Shown: in pieces, positions 24,108 to 37,534 of the stretch
How positions within the stretch are numbered: the stretch's first letter is position 1
How the letters are laid out: each line of letters starts with the position of its first letter
From: Raillietiella orientalis
Taxonomy: Eukaryota
Reading direction: 5' to 3'
DNA: 64,000 bases
Assembly (NCBI GenBank): GCA_036172245.1
Contig: JAYWIR010000025.1
Span: forward strand, 2,852,001-2,916,000
Made by a program: the position numbers and the translations under genes
Notes under the pieces: model-generated
The model's database searches: none
Told to the model about the DNA's origin: nothing
Seen by the model: only the letters and a program-made list of their open reading frames with translations

Positions 24108-25999
24108 GGTTTCTCTCTGTTTCTTTCCTGCCTCCTTTCCCCGGGAAAGCGACTGGATTACCATTGCAACTTGTCGCCTCATTATCATCGATAGCGGTGA
24201 CGGAGTTTTCATCATCATGGCCATCGTTACGTTATCTCCGCTGGAGGAATTTCAAAAGAATGCGCGCGCCCGTTCCGCCGCATACGCCCGCTCGCCGGCC
24301 GCGTTGCGGTGTGGGGAGCGCGACCGCTCCGCCGCATCGGGAGTTTCGAGAAGCTGTGCAGACGGACCTTCTTGCAAAATCTCGTTCATCTCTTCCTTGG
24401 CGATTCGAAGACGCCCGTCGAGGAACCGAAGGTGCGCGCAACGCCGGTGTCTGCGGGCGGGGAGGACCGCAAACCCGCAGACGGGGACAAACCCGAGTGC
24501 AAGAGGTCGATCCCGGAATCCGCCGGAACGTCGACGCCGACCACCCGCTCACTTTCCGTCGTCGCCAAATGCAGCGACGACGCCGACCCCGCTAGGCGGC
24601 TTCTCCGGGGAGCCTCGTTCACTGCAGGACTATGCTCTCGACCGCTTCTCGGGCTGGAGGATCCACGCTCTTCTCCAGCCTGCCCGTCCTCTTTGCGGTT
24701 GGTTTATCCGAGTGCCTGGAAAAAGAGGGCTTCTCTTCGTCGAGAGGGGCTTCGACGGCGACACCACCCGCTCCTTCTCTCTCTTCTGGAGTCGGGCTCG
24801 AACGGGCATCCGAGATTCGCGCGTCCTTTCGCGGGCTGCAGTCCACCCACTCGAGCGCCGCGGATGCTGGGGAGGACGGCGCGGACTTCGGGTCACTCGC
24901 ACCGCGGCTGAAGAGTCACCTTCAATTGGAAAAGGCGGCGTTTCGTACCGAGAGGGATGATTAGGAAGAAGGCAGTGAAAGATGCTGGAAAGATGAGCAC
25001 GTCGGATGGGGGCATCTGCGGATCAGAGGGTCGAGAGGACGCAGGAACGTTTCGGACGGGATGACAGAGGCGCGAGCGGATCGAGGCACTGGTCGAGGAG
25101 AGAGGAACGGAGGATGGAACGCGTTTCAGTCGCAGTCCTTCTGGTTCCACGTGGATCAGTGGTACACTCTGCTGAATTCGACAGGCAGTCCGCCAGGAAA
25201 CCTCAGGGATAACGAAAAGGCCTCCTCCCGCAGGGATAGAAAACACAAGGGATCGTGCAGAGCAGGGAGAGAAGAGAGACAGGGGTCTCTCCAGCAGGGG
25301 ATGGAGGCCTCTGCAGCAGATTCTTTTGGCGCTCTCTGCGAGTCTCGCTTCCCGGGCGCGCAACTCGTTTCACATCTTCTCATGGACGCACATCACTTGG
25401 GGATCTCTCCTCTTCGCCCATGGCATCGATCACGATGCCGCAGCTTCTCCCGACGTGGAACCGAGCTCGATCTCGTCCACAGGACCTGTCGGCAGCCGAG
25501 GGTTTCAGCAGAGTGGCGCACGCACCAGTCCCAGGGGATGACTTTCCTCTCATGACCTACAGGGTTCCTTCCCGCCATCCAGGAGGCCATAACGCTGCGT
25601 CCCTGTCTCGTCTGCCTGCTTCGCCCTCACTGAGGATGCGGATCCGCACGACCTCGGACGCAGGGGGGAAGAAGGGGTACCGAAGATGCCTCCGTCACCT
25701 CAAGGCAGATCTCCGCAACGGAGATCTCCAGGGATAAAATCCTTACCAAACCATCTGCACCTTCTCGACGGGCATCCAGAATGCTTCATCGGCAAGATGG
25801 ATGGGTGCAAAAACGCTGAGCGCCACCCGGTCACGGCAGCTCTGCTGAGGCGCAGTTCCTCCCCTTCCATCATCCCCTCTACGACTGGCGAAGCCGCAGC
25901 GGGCAGGCGCACACATCGTTCAGACCGGATCACTTTCGCCCGCGACTTGTTAAAGGCTTCCTCACTATGGCCGAAGCATCATCAGGACTGCCGACCGCC

Positions 26000-26900
26000 T
26001 GGCACCCGAACGGAGGCTGAATGAAAGCTTCCCCCGCGTTTCCCACGGAGACTCGGTCGTCCTCCACAGATCCAGGACTTTTGGGAGGAAGCCCTCGAGC
26101 GGATGGCTTTCATCGGAATTCCTGATGTCGCATATGACAAAGTGCCAGCACCCCCCTGAAAGAAAAAATTTCCCTCCCCCCCTCGAAGAAGAAGAAATCC
26201 ATTGAACTCTGTGTCTTCTCGTCCCTCTTCCCCCACGAGAGTTGCACAAGAGGAACCGGAATGTTGGTGAGTTGAGGGCGACGCGTCTGTCCCTCTTCAC
26301 GAGAAGCATCAGCGGACCATTGCTAATGCTGCTGCAGCAGCAAGTTCCAACAAGCAGAGGAAGTCTCCTCCGAACAGTCTCGTCCCCTTTCGACCGCCGC
26401 CGCGAGGTCGGACCACGGCCGACGACACCCGTTCCGCTTCGCGGCCGTCACCAGAACCACGTCTTCGTCCGGCAGCGATGCCTCCGCACGTCCTTTATCT
26501 GCCGGCTGCTGTTATCAAAGACTGGTAGTGCTCGGTACATGAAGTCAATCCTCTTCTTATCTCACCGTTGCGAAACGGCATGAGAGGTGACTGATACGAA
26601 AATAGCGTCCCTCCCTCCCCGCCCCAGCGCTTCCTCCGAGCGGGAGAAGACCCGATTCCCTTGCCCAAATGTGTCTTCTTTAGGAAAGTTTGCGTTTCAG
26701 GAGGTCAGGGACCAACGGAGCCGTGAAGTTTCGGAATCCGAGGTGCTCTTTGGACCCAACTCCTTGGATCAAAGACCGGTGGACCCACGCTGCTTCTCTC
26801 AACCACACAAAAGGACCCCCAATGGCGGCAAGAAGGAGACACGGGTCAGTGCCACTGTCGAAGATCGAAAACATCATCTGCAAGGGAAACAAACCCTCCT
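26000..26900 (+). mobile_element. Decayed LINE reverse transcriptase fragment
   Basis: RKPSSGWLSSEFL (like KSPGPDGLxxEFY), LRATRLSLF (like WRPISLL) and TRVSATVEDRK (like KVSAYADD) occur in order. Confidence 0.4.
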
Positions 26901-27099
26901 CCGCTTTTCCATCTGAAAGTCCTCGGGTTGCTTCTCTTCCGCGTCTCCTCCACTTTCACCCCGACACCCCGTGCTCCGTGGTCTTTTGGTGATCTTTCCG
27001 AATTCTCCGCATTGACGAGCTTCGAATTTCCTGCAAGAGGGGAGGAGCAGGCAAAGCAGGAGAAACCGCTCCTAGAAACGTCCTTTCTGTTGGAACGGA

Positions 27100-27380
27100 G
27101 GCCGCACGCTAGCAGATGAGGGAGAAGGTGCCCTTTTCTCCTTCCAAACGCTCTTTCTTCAGCTTCATGGATCAAATTGGACCCTCCCACTGCCCTCGGC
27201 ATGCCAAGGGACAACTTCTGCTGAGTGTGGGGTTCCAGAGCGGTGCAGTCCGGGTTTCAGGTCCCCCTGGTTGCTAGGAGCCCGGAGGCAGAGAGCCTCA
27301 GCACGGCTGGGAGTAGGGTCAGTTCAGAAGTTCCAGGATCCCCATATCCCTGGTAGAGTGTCCACACACCTCTGACGGGA
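27100..27380 (-). mobile_element. Small LINE ORF2 fragment (post-RT region)
   Basis: LGMPRAVGGSNL resembles the LxLPxxxGGLGL motif of L1/Tx1 ORF2. Confidence 0.35.
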
Positions 27381-28150
27381 GTTTCACGAGCTTCTTCGCG
27401 AGCCACTAGGCGGAAATCCCGCTCCTGGAAATCCTACCCTCTCGCGTCCGGAAAAGCAAGCTGGTTCCGGACGGGGACTCGGAACCCGCTCCCGCTGCGG
27501 CGTCCCAGGAACTTGTTCCCAGGAGATGCGAACGAGATCTCCCGGGAACGAAGGCTGCGCTTCCCTCTTCCAGATTTCCAGGCAAGCGGGTGCCTCCTGG
27601 TCTCTCTCTCCCACCGCTACTGCAGCGCCATCCATTGAGGAATCCTCGGCTGAGCGAAAGCCAATGCCAAGGCCGTCGACGTCTGCAAGGCTGCGCCGTT
27701 TCCGCCACCGCGCGAAAGGACGAACCCATGGCAGACTCGGGCAAACACAGACACGTGCAAGAACCAGGACAGCGGAAGCCTCCACCCGCTGGCGCCAACC
27801 TACCGTTGGCCGTAAACACCCCGAGGGTATCCATTGGACAGGACCATTTCCGTCCGGCATTTCTGCTTTCTGACCGAGATGGCCACCATCACGATTTCCG
27901 TTCCTTGCCCGACGGCGACGGCGGGTGAAAGACGGCTGGAAGACTCCAGCGCGACCTCAACCAGCCTGCCGATGCCGCGCGGGAACGATCCTGGGGAGCG
28001 AACGCGTCCGCGCAGCACGCAGAATCCTTCCGGCTTCTCGTCCTCGAAGCTTCCGCCGTCTCGAAACCAAGCCCAGAGGACCTCGGGTGGCAGGTGTGCA
28101 CCTGCGCAGCGCGGACAAAGGCGGCGACCAAACGGGATTCATCGTTCGGT

Positions 28151-28725
28151 TGACACCCGGTCACGCCGAGGCGTTTATTTATAAAATAAACAGACACGTC
28201 TGTGTCAGGACGTTTGATCCTGCCACTTTACTTATGACCACAAGAAGGAACCTGCCGGGATCTGGCACGCAGGCCAGCGGGGTCGCCTCGGCAGCACAAA
28301 GAAAGGGAAGACAAATAAAAAGAGAAAAATAAAACAAAAAGCAAATAGTCAAAAAATGGGGGGGTTCGGGAAGAGATCCCTGTATGCTGGAGGGTGTCCT
28401 CTGCAACCTTGTAAGGATGCAGGCAAGTTCCTGTTTCAAAACTCCCAGATGGGTCCTGACTCAGTCCTTTTGAAGAGGACAGCAAAGTAGATGGCGTCCC
28501 TGTCGTTCTGGATTCTGGCATTGATCCATGCAGCCACGGTCCCGCCACGTGGGCAGCAAAGTGCTGCTGGGGATTCGGTCGGAGTGAGGGAGTCGCACAG
28601 GAAGACGCGCTCCAAAACGTCTCTGGCGTTGCCCTCAGGGATCTACAGGGACGCGGGAAACTGTTCCCACATAGGACGGAGGACGACACAATCCATGAGC
28701 AGGTGCAAGAGGGACTCTCTCTCGC
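28151..28725 (-). mobile_element. Third 3' fragment of the 663-1788 LINE family
   Basis: ESLLHLLMDCVVLRPMWEQF zf-RVT remnant, shared 3' UTR (cggcaggttcctt), and terminal aataaacgcctcggcgtgaccgggtg at 28179-28154. Confidence 0.8.
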
Positions 28726-31700
28726 CGCTTCCTCGTTCGTAAGAGATCTCTCCCACCGCTACCATCCTCGAAGAGAAACTTCGAGGAGGTTTCTAAAATT
28801 CTGCCTTCCGCGGGTGCTGCAATGCGGCGGCTGACCGAATGGCGTCGATTGCCGCTATCTTTTTCTACAATCCGACGGCCAAAGTAATGTCCTAGTGATA
28901 ATACGCCATTTTGCTTGTCTCCCGTTTCTATGGAAGCGGAACTGAAAAGCCCGAAGGCTTGTGGGCATGCTGGGTGCAGGAACGCATCCGTTGTATATAC
29001 GGTACCTTCTCGACTTGGTACACTTCTTTCACATTGTCCGGGTCTTCCATCGCTTCTGGATGCGTCTCATCCCGCGACATTCCACACCCACCAAATCGGG
29101 GAAGAAATCTCCACGCACCTCTCCTTTTTTCTTGGAACCAACTCGCCGTGAATCGGTCCTCGCAGCGGGTGCCGCAGGTCGAGATGGTTCGTAGCACTCA
29201 CCATAACAACGTCGTAGCTCTACGAGTCGCGCAGATGTCCGTCTGAGCCCTTGCATCGTAGGTTCGCGAGGACAGCTCCGGGATTGCCCCCACGCTCTCC
29301 TAACTTGCTCGACGGGAAGTCACCGGAAGCCTCTGTGTTATTACACATGCTGGAGCTCGTTGGTCACCCGACGGGGAAGGGGGGAGGATCAACCATCTGC
29401 GTGGAACGCGATAGAAGGTGTCCCTCCTCTCCCAAGGGGGAGGAGGACAAGCAGTTCCACAATCAGAGGGGAACCCTGAAGGGCTCCCTGAGGAGGTTTC
29501 CTCAGAGATTTCCTGGGAGGAAATCCCGGAAATTCTGGTCAGCCGACGGTAGGCGTCCGGATTCCACCGGTGCCGTCCCACCCGAAGCCCGCAGGCCAAC
29601 CAGCTCCGTCCCATGAGGGGGGTGAGGAAGGAGCTCCTACCACTTGCTCATTGCCATGAACAAGAACCTCGGCTTCCATGGAAACTCACGCCGGGCCCCA
29701 GGCGTCTTGAAAGCGGGAGCCCAAGAGTTCCAAGAGTGTCACTTACGACTCCTACTGTTATTAAGGGAGGATGAGGGGGAAGGGGGACACACTGACATCG
29801 CAAACAAGCCCAACAGGTGCACTCACTTTTTTTTTTCATCCACTGTTGTCCAAATGCTTGATGGATCGCCTCTGGTAGAAATATCTCGCTTCACTTGACT
29901 ACGGAGATCGTCAAAAGAAGACCTGCATGCTCCCTCCTTACTGCCTGGTTGTTCGTCCCTTCACCTTGAATTAGCTGACTGCGGAAGCGACCTCCTTCGG
30001 AAAGGTGCTGCAAACTGCTGCTGCCCCGCTGCCGACTTCCTCAGCTCGAAGAGCTCGCTCGAGCTCAAGCACTCGTCCCCTGCCACCGCCTTGGGGACGC
30101 TCAGGTTCGGGTCCACGGCAGCTCGCTCCAGAAACTGAACGGCCATCCCGCAGTCAAGGAGCTCGAAGGATTCAGAATTTTTCATGTTTCCCGGTTGCCA
30201 ATCCTAACTCCCTGCGAGTCGGGTCCCCTCGGCTGATGCCGATACTTTCGGTTTCCATTGCCGCCCTTCCATAGGAACAAGATTGGCCGGGATTCTACTC
30301 TGCAAGAACAGGATATTTGAATTTCGTTTCGACGAAATGTGATCTCCTCTGCTGCGGCTCCTTGGCAAGGGAGCACTCCCTTGCTCTGTCGTGATTCCCT
30401 GATTGCTTTGGACCAGGCACTTTGCCCACGTCTAAAAGCGCGCGCGCGGGTTCCCAATTCCGTCCAAGAGCACCAAGCTCAAGTCTGTCGCTCTCTTTCG
30501 CTTTTGTCCCCCTCCCGGCCCGTTCTTCCTGTGTTCTTCCTCCTGAGTCGGGATGGTCGTGGCTACGGTGTGTCTGTTCCATATTTCTCCCTTTCCTTTC
30601 TGAACAGAATGGCCGATATTTATGGACAATGAGCGGGTGACTACCAGTAGACGGATTTGTTTTCGATACATCTTAGAGGATGCTGTTCTCTGGGAGTTGA
30701 GCTTTTGTTCCTTGCCAGTCTTGGAATGGGATCTCTAGAGAAACTAGAAGCAGGTGGCTGTGCAAAAGGTCTTGCCCACTTTACTCCGGGCTCCTCATGC
30801 TGAAGACACCGGGTGGACGTTGCGTGCTGAGATTTTCCTGTCGCATACGCGTGTATCAGGCTGCACGCACTGCAGAGCTGTCCGCTTCTTTTCCTTCCAT
30901 ATCTTTAAAAGCAAACTCCAAGGAATTGACAGGCGACAGTAGGCAGCAATACCGGAAACCAGGAATGGAAGGCACTGAAGATGCTCATTACAAGGAACCC
31001 CCGAAGACAAGGGACGAGCCTGAAATCTCACAAGGGTAACTCGGAAAGTCTCCTGCTGATTTCTCTGGCACTCCATCGCAGACAAACCCTTATGTGCACG
31101 TATGGTTGCAGGAGTGGATTCGGGCAATTGAAAGCCAAAGGTTTGTTTTAAATAGGCGGGTAGGAGTAGCCAGTGATTCTTTTAGCATATAACTGCTAAA
31201 ATGACCAACGTCACTTTGCTTTCTTATCCTGATGAAATTCATCCGCTAAAGGCTTCGGCCAATTTTTTGCAATAAATGTCAAAAAACGCGCACTGACACG
31301 ATGTACGACCAGTACCTCACAAAGTATGAAGGTCTCTGTATGAACCGATTATGCTTTTCCTTGTTCTTTGTCCATTCAATGCGTTTAGCATTTGGCTATC
31401 ATTTCGAGCTCCAAAGCAACCATTTCCTCTCCCAAATAGGGAAACTTTATTTCACAAGGTTCGAGCTGACTGTGAAAATTTGCGGGCGGCAATCTGTACC
31501 GTAGACTGCCGCCGGTCCCATGCAACGAAGCTTCGGTGCAGCCTGATGCTGTAGCTCGCTACATGGCGATGAGAGGTAGAGAGTGACAGCATCCACGTCG
31601 CCGCTGCGACCACTCAGTTTGAGTAGATCATCTTCATTTTGAAAGGAATGTGTCCTCCTTCCCCTCCTCCTCCTTCTCCTGCTTCTTTTATGAAATTTTT

Positions 31701-31763
31701 GCCAAATGAAAAATGGATACGAAGTCTACCTGTTTAGCAGACACTTCTGGTTGGAAGTCATTA

Positions 31764-31767
<4 letters not shown>

Positions 31768-31828
<61 letters not shown>
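31768..31828. repeat. (AT)n microsatellite, ~30 units
   Basis: Directly visible. Confidence 0.99.
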
Positions 31829-31831
<3 letters not shown>

Positions 31832-34186
31832 ATTTTCACTTTCATGTATACGTTTGGACATACGTTTACGAGCAGTCTGTGGGCTTTTTCAACAGGTTCC
31901 TGAATCTTAAATGAGGACATGTCATCGTTTTCATATTTTCAGAGTATCCGAAACACAATAATTTTCTGGTTGAGGCGTCTTTGTAAAAAGTGATTGCAGG
32001 CATTTTTTCCACGTTCTCCGCAAATACACAGCGCCACTTTAGAAACTTTTTTTTTTTCCTTTTCCCCTTCTTCACTGCGACCCCGTCCTCGTTTTCGTTG
32101 CTCTGTAGTTGGCAACCCTACCGCGATGTCCTCTGAAATTCAAACTAACCAATGAGAAGCAAGCTTCGACCGAGAAAGACGAATGAAACGAAGGACCAAC
32201 GGAAACGGAATGCGAACGCAGGCGAATGAAGCGACAGCCGGATTCCGCCGCGGCGTTGTGAGGCAACCGGAAAGCGGTTCAGAGAAGATGCTGGAGGTGT
32301 GGGCTCGCGGGATGGGCATCCGCATCTGGCGGGGCAGGGCGATTCCTGGATGCCCTTCCCCGGCGGATACGGACTGCGGGACGGAAGGGTGCCGCGGTCC
32401 TCTCGTGGCGCCGTTCCCCGGGCGCGGACTGCCGAGGAACTAAAGCGACCGTCCGGCTTGCACTCCCTAGCTTTCCGCGGAACAGCGCGATCGGACTCGG
32501 CCCCGGCCCGGCTAGGCGTCTTTCCCTCGCGGGGCTCGTTGCCGGAGGGGGAGAGTACGGAATGAGCGCACGCGATGCGCGGCCACGCCCGCGAGAAACG
32601 GCGAGCCCCAGGAGCCGCGTGACGTCACGCTCGCGGCGAACGCGTTTTCCCCTCTCGCGCGTTTCCCCTCTCGCGCGCGCGCTCTCTCCCTCTGGCCTTC
32701 GCCGCCCGAAGCGACGAAGGCGAGGCAGCTTTTTGTAGGGGTCACCCGAAGCGGCGACCGAGCGAAGGCTCACAGGGCCGGCAGGAGAGCGGGGAGGCGC
32801 GCATGGCTCGCGCGAAAGGAGGGAAGGCGTGCAGGGAGGCCCTTCATCCCTCTCCCCGCAGCTGAGACAGCACCGGCCACCGAGGGCTGCTGCTACTGCT
32901 CTCTCCTGACCTCGTGCGCGCTTCGAGCGGTTTCCAGGGAAACGGCAACTTTTCCCTCCGGAGTGATGCTGGTCGAGCCAAGAGGTTGTGCGCGCCGTAC
33001 CGGCGAAGGGAGACCCTGCGCGCGCACGCGAGGGGGGGAAAGAGGGAGCGTTCGTCGCCCGGCAGCGATCGCGGGCACCGTCCGGGCAGCGAGCCACCTG
33101 CAGGGAAGGCGCGGCGGTGGTCGACTGTCCTTCCTGCTGGATGCCTCGGAAACAGGTCCTCTTCCCACGGGGAAAGAGGCGATGCTCTCTTCGCCTCGCC
33201 AGGCTCTTCGCCCGATGGACCCATCCGTCGTGGGCCAGTCTAAGGGAAAAGCCCGTCGTTCGGTAGCCCCTCTAGCGGACCGTAGGGGCAACGCCTCTTC
33301 CGGGAACGGGCGGCAGAGGACAAGACGGGAAGATGGGGCACCGTCTCCTCCTTTTCTGTTGCCAGGTTCTCTTGGTGCCCCTTGGACTGCTTGCTCTCAG
33401 GACTCGCCGCCCGGACCGAAACTCTTAGGGGCGCGTCCTCTCGTGGCTATGGCGGCGAGGGGCCGTGGACGGGCCACCACCACTCCGTCCCCGAAGCGCC
33501 GCCCCACCCGCATTCCCTTCGACCAAGCACGACCGGGGCAGGGGCGCGTTCCCTGGCTCCGGGGTCCTCGAAGCGGCCGCCAGTCTTCAATGGGGGTTCC
33601 GCCCTGACGGTCAGCGGCGTCCGTGCCGGGCGGAGTCGGCGCTGTGGGTTTCACCCGGCGGCTCCACCCCACCCCCTACTCCCCCCCGTTACGTCGCGGA
33701 GGCGGCACTGGGGAGGGAGGGGGATCGCCTCCACGCCACCATCCTCCTCCGAGGTCCCCGACGGGGGCCCGACCGACCACCACCGCCTGTGAGAAAGAGG
33801 CGAGATATCGGCTCCCGGAAGGGCACGGGATGCTTGGACTTCGGGCGTGGGCATTCCCCACTCACCTCCGCGAGGGGATCCGCGGAAGGATCGAGAAGGG
33901 AGGAGTCATCCGACCTTGCCCCCCAGCATTCCTCCCATGACTCCCCTCAGCCGAGAGGCGGCGCCTCTTCCGTCTTCCCCTACCCCCTTCATCCCCAGGG
34001 GAGGGAGGCGACCTCGCTGCGCGCTCACCCGCGTCACGTCTGTCAAACGGTGACGTCAGCTTTGGTCATAGAGTCCTGCGCAGGGCGGCCCCAGCGTAGG
34101 GAGAGGATGCCCTTCCATTCGGAAGGAAGGTCACCGGACGGAGGATCCTTCCTGCTGGCAGCACGCCAAAAAAGAGATCTCTTCAA

Positions 34187-34945
34187 GTGAGGCCCACGTC
34201 TGGCTGCGGCCTCCGTCAGGCACCACCTGGTGTCGCAGGTTCGAATCCCGCCCGGGGGGGAGGGGCCATGCCGAGAACGCGGGGGTGCATCGTGGGTTTC
34301 GAGTCGCCCCCCTCCCACAGGATGACTCTGGGTGGTCACGGATGTTGATGACTGGTGGGACGCGCGTTTACGTTGGAAACCTGATCTCCCGGCCGGTTAA
34401 TGGCCGGGATGGGAAGTTGGGCCACCAGAGTCCTTCGCCAGTTCCCTTCGGGGTTCCTCTCCAGCAATGGAGCCTCTCTATTCGACGGGGGCACCCGGCT
34501 TCCAGCTCGCTCGCGCACCCCACCAATGCCGCACCCGAAGACCAGTGGCCAATCAGCGACGCCATTGTGTTCCATGGAGTTTCCGTTTACCCCTTCCCTC
34601 TCCCCTCTCCGGGAGACCTCTTCAGAGTGTAAGAAGCGCTCAACCCTTCAGAGAAGTAAACAAGGAGCGATTCCTTTGCGGATTCGCTCCTGAGAGGGAA
34701 TCAGGAGCGGCTCCCACAAACCAGGGGACCCTCCGATTCATGGGGACCGGAGAGAATGAAGAAGAGGGTGTCTCCGGGGTCTCCTTCGGAGACCACTAGG
34801 GAGAGGGTTCCCTTCGGGGCTCCCTCCCAAGAGTAAGAGAGGAATGGACTTCTTCCTCCGGGAGACCTTCCTGGATCAATCAGGGTGGTCCCTGCGGGGT
34901 TTCTTCCTGACTGAGTCACACGCACCCTCAGGTGGCGTAGCAGCT
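34187..34945 (+). mobile_element. tRNA-derived SINE-like element with internal hairpin array, copy B
   Basis: B-box GGTTCGAATCC at 34238-34248, then gtgcatcgtgggtttcgagtc and cccacaggatga, hairpin units (ggagcgattcc-tttgc-ggattcgctcc; cccttcgggg), and a 3' caccctcaggtggcgt shared with copy C. Confidence 0.8.
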
Positions 34946-35166
34946 GCCTTGTGAGTCCCCATATGGCGCATCGTTGAGCCTCTTCGCCACCCCCCCCCCA
35001 TACTTCCTATGGAGGAGGACGTCCTTCAGGACTTCGGGCGAACCAAACCCGGTGAAGAGAAGGACACTTCCTCACTCCTTCCGTTCTTCGAGACCAAATT
35101 CAAGTGGCCAGCAGATGGGATGCAAGAAGGAACTAGTGGAGGAGGAGGAGAAGGAAAGGAGGACGG

Positions 35167-35203
35167 ATGATGATGATGATGACGACGATGAGGAGGAGGA
35201 GGA
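35167..35203. repeat. (GAT)n/(GAG)n trinucleotide run
   Basis: Directly visible. Confidence 0.9.
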
Positions 35204-37534
35204 AGAGGGTGTAGGAGGAGGCAGGGTTTCCATTTATCCTGAAAGTGCCGACCAGCCCGCCAATGGCAAGCATCTCAGGACCCTTTGGCACGAGATTAGT
35301 GCAGCTGTAGGAGGACAGAAGCAATCCGCGACGGTGGCATGACCGGGAAAGGTCGAGTTGGCATGCTACCTCCTCCAGCAGGCTCTTTCGGAGCCCCTCT
35401 TCGCTTTCGGTCACGTGGCAGCAAGGTAAACCGAGAGGCGAGAACTCCCACCGAGTTCCGATCCGTCGCGCTTGCTGTGGCAAGAAATCAGTTGCCACTG
35501 TCCTCCAGGGAAACTGCAGCAGCTGGCTGGAGATCGGGCTGGTCCATCCACGCGGCTTTACCCTGGGCGCCCGTGCGAAAGACGGTCCGCTCCGGGGAGA
35601 GCGGAGCTGCTGCACGTTCCTCCGCGAGAACTGGTGACCTTACTTCCGAGCATCCGAATGACCCCATGCTGCTCCTCAGTGAACAGCACGTGAGTGGAGC
35701 TCTTCTTGCACCGGGCACTGTACCTGGCGTAGGGGGGTAAAGGAAGTGGGATTTCTGCACCCGCCTTTGGACGGCGATGTCCCTTCGGAGCACTTGGCGT
35801 CGCTGCTGCAGATTGAAGGCGCCCCCAAGGAAACGGCTCCGGAGCTGCCTTCACGAGAGACGAGCGGCCTTAGTGGCCACGGCTGCACCCGCGTCTGAGG
35901 TCGGCTTCCCGTGCAGCCCGGACTCTCCAGCAACTCCGGGAGAAGCCGTTTGCACGACTGCCTCTTCTACGAGTGAAGCAAGCGGATGGGTTTTCCTCTC
36001 AAGGACAGCATAGTGAAAAATAGTGAAATCCTTCGAGGAATTTCGATCCCGATGGACGACTGAATTCCGTCTAATTCTAATGACGTCATGATCCAACTAA
36101 TAGGGCAAAATCTCTGAAAGAATAGAACACATCCTCCCCCTTTCCCCCCTTTCGTCGTCCACCGCGATACGTATGGGTCGGAGCAGGCTCAGACTTCGAT
36201 TCCACGACGTGGAACGAGAATCCTGGAATGCCCTACCAAGAAGTTTTAGCCCGGCTTTCTCCGGACAACGGGTTCCGAATGTCCGATGCGCGGGGACAAG
36301 CTTTTCCTTTTGCAAGCCACGTGGTTCCTCTGCTGGAGGAGCGAGCACGGCGGTGGGCAATCTCTGCTTCAATCTCCGACTTTCTTCTCTCAACGAAATG
36401 CAGCCATCTAGAACTAACCTGTGCCCTACTAATTACAGCTCTTAGGAGATTGCGCATGCAGAGATTCTTCCCTCCTCCTCCCCTCCCCCGTGTACCCATT
36501 TTATTTATTGTTGCTTCGCGAACATCTGCATTTTCTAAATTTTAGCACGTTTCACAGTGACTTTTATTTTTAATCGGGGGGACTCGTGCGCACAACGCTC
36601 AGCTGCCATTCGTTCCGCTGATTTCGCCTCCATAGTTAATTAAATCGCAAGGTATGCTGGTGGATGTTCTCCATTGTCTGGCCCATCCTTCCTGAGGTTG
36701 CCTGGCAACACCTCCTTTTCCATCGGTGGAAACAAACACGTGTCATAACCCAACAAACATATACAAAGGAGGTCGCCGAATTTCTCCCCATCCAGTTTCA
36801 CTCACTCCCCAGCGAGAGTATCAGCTACGCCATGGGAAAGGTGGAGCATCTTAGCATCATCACCCGTGTTTACCTCATCTTTCCATCGCCGAGACGAAAA
36901 GCTCACGCTGCGCGCCGGGTGCACGCGTGCTGTGGGACGCGTGCACGGATGCGGGGGTCTCGTGTCTTCCAGCGAGTGGTTGCACAACCACCACGTGCGC
37001 TATTGTGGCATCGTCTGGATTCTGCCTTTGCCGAGTGGAATTCCACCTTCCTTCCTCTCCCTTCGATGAAAGAGCAGCGCGATCGCCGCCGCCCGCGTTC
37101 CGATTCGGCCATAGCGGAATCGAATCCGAGGAAAAGTTTTCAAGTCCTGTTTCGAAAATGAGGACAGAGGTCACGTCACCAAAGGCATCATGATCACTGG
37201 ACCGTCCGTGAGGGTACGTAGCACCGGGAACGTGAGAGATGCTGCGGTTGCATCTCGTAGGAACGCCTGAAATTTCTTTCCCGGTTCCCCACAAAGGCAG
37301 GTTTCGGTTTCTAATCCTGAAGAAACATCCCTATCCGGATCTGGCACCTTGGCCTTCGGTCCGCAACTTTCCCAAGGAAAACTCCGCCAGATGTCCCAGC
37401 AATCTGCGGGTTCGGGTCGGTTTGCGCGCATTACGCGAAAAATTGCAAATGGCCGCCTAAGGCTAGTAAGGGCAAAACAAGCTCTTCCTTCCTTCCAGAA
37501 ACCCTTCAGAATGGGATAATGGAAACGATTGAGA

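Larger units (their letters stand above)
33330..35750 (+). mobile_element. Decayed L1/Tx1-like ORF2 (APE at 33330-34000, RT at 35200-35750), interrupted by a nested SINE
   Basis: APE-like remnants: QGRVPWLR, VFNGGSA and FPTHLREGIRGRIEK (like FT..SRIDR). RT-like remnants: ILKVPTSPPMASISGP and TSEHPNDPMLLL at the YADD position. Confidence 0.4.

Noticed and set aside
31706..31920. ORFs with (IY)n repeats
   Set aside because: Translation artefacts of the (AT)n microsatellite.
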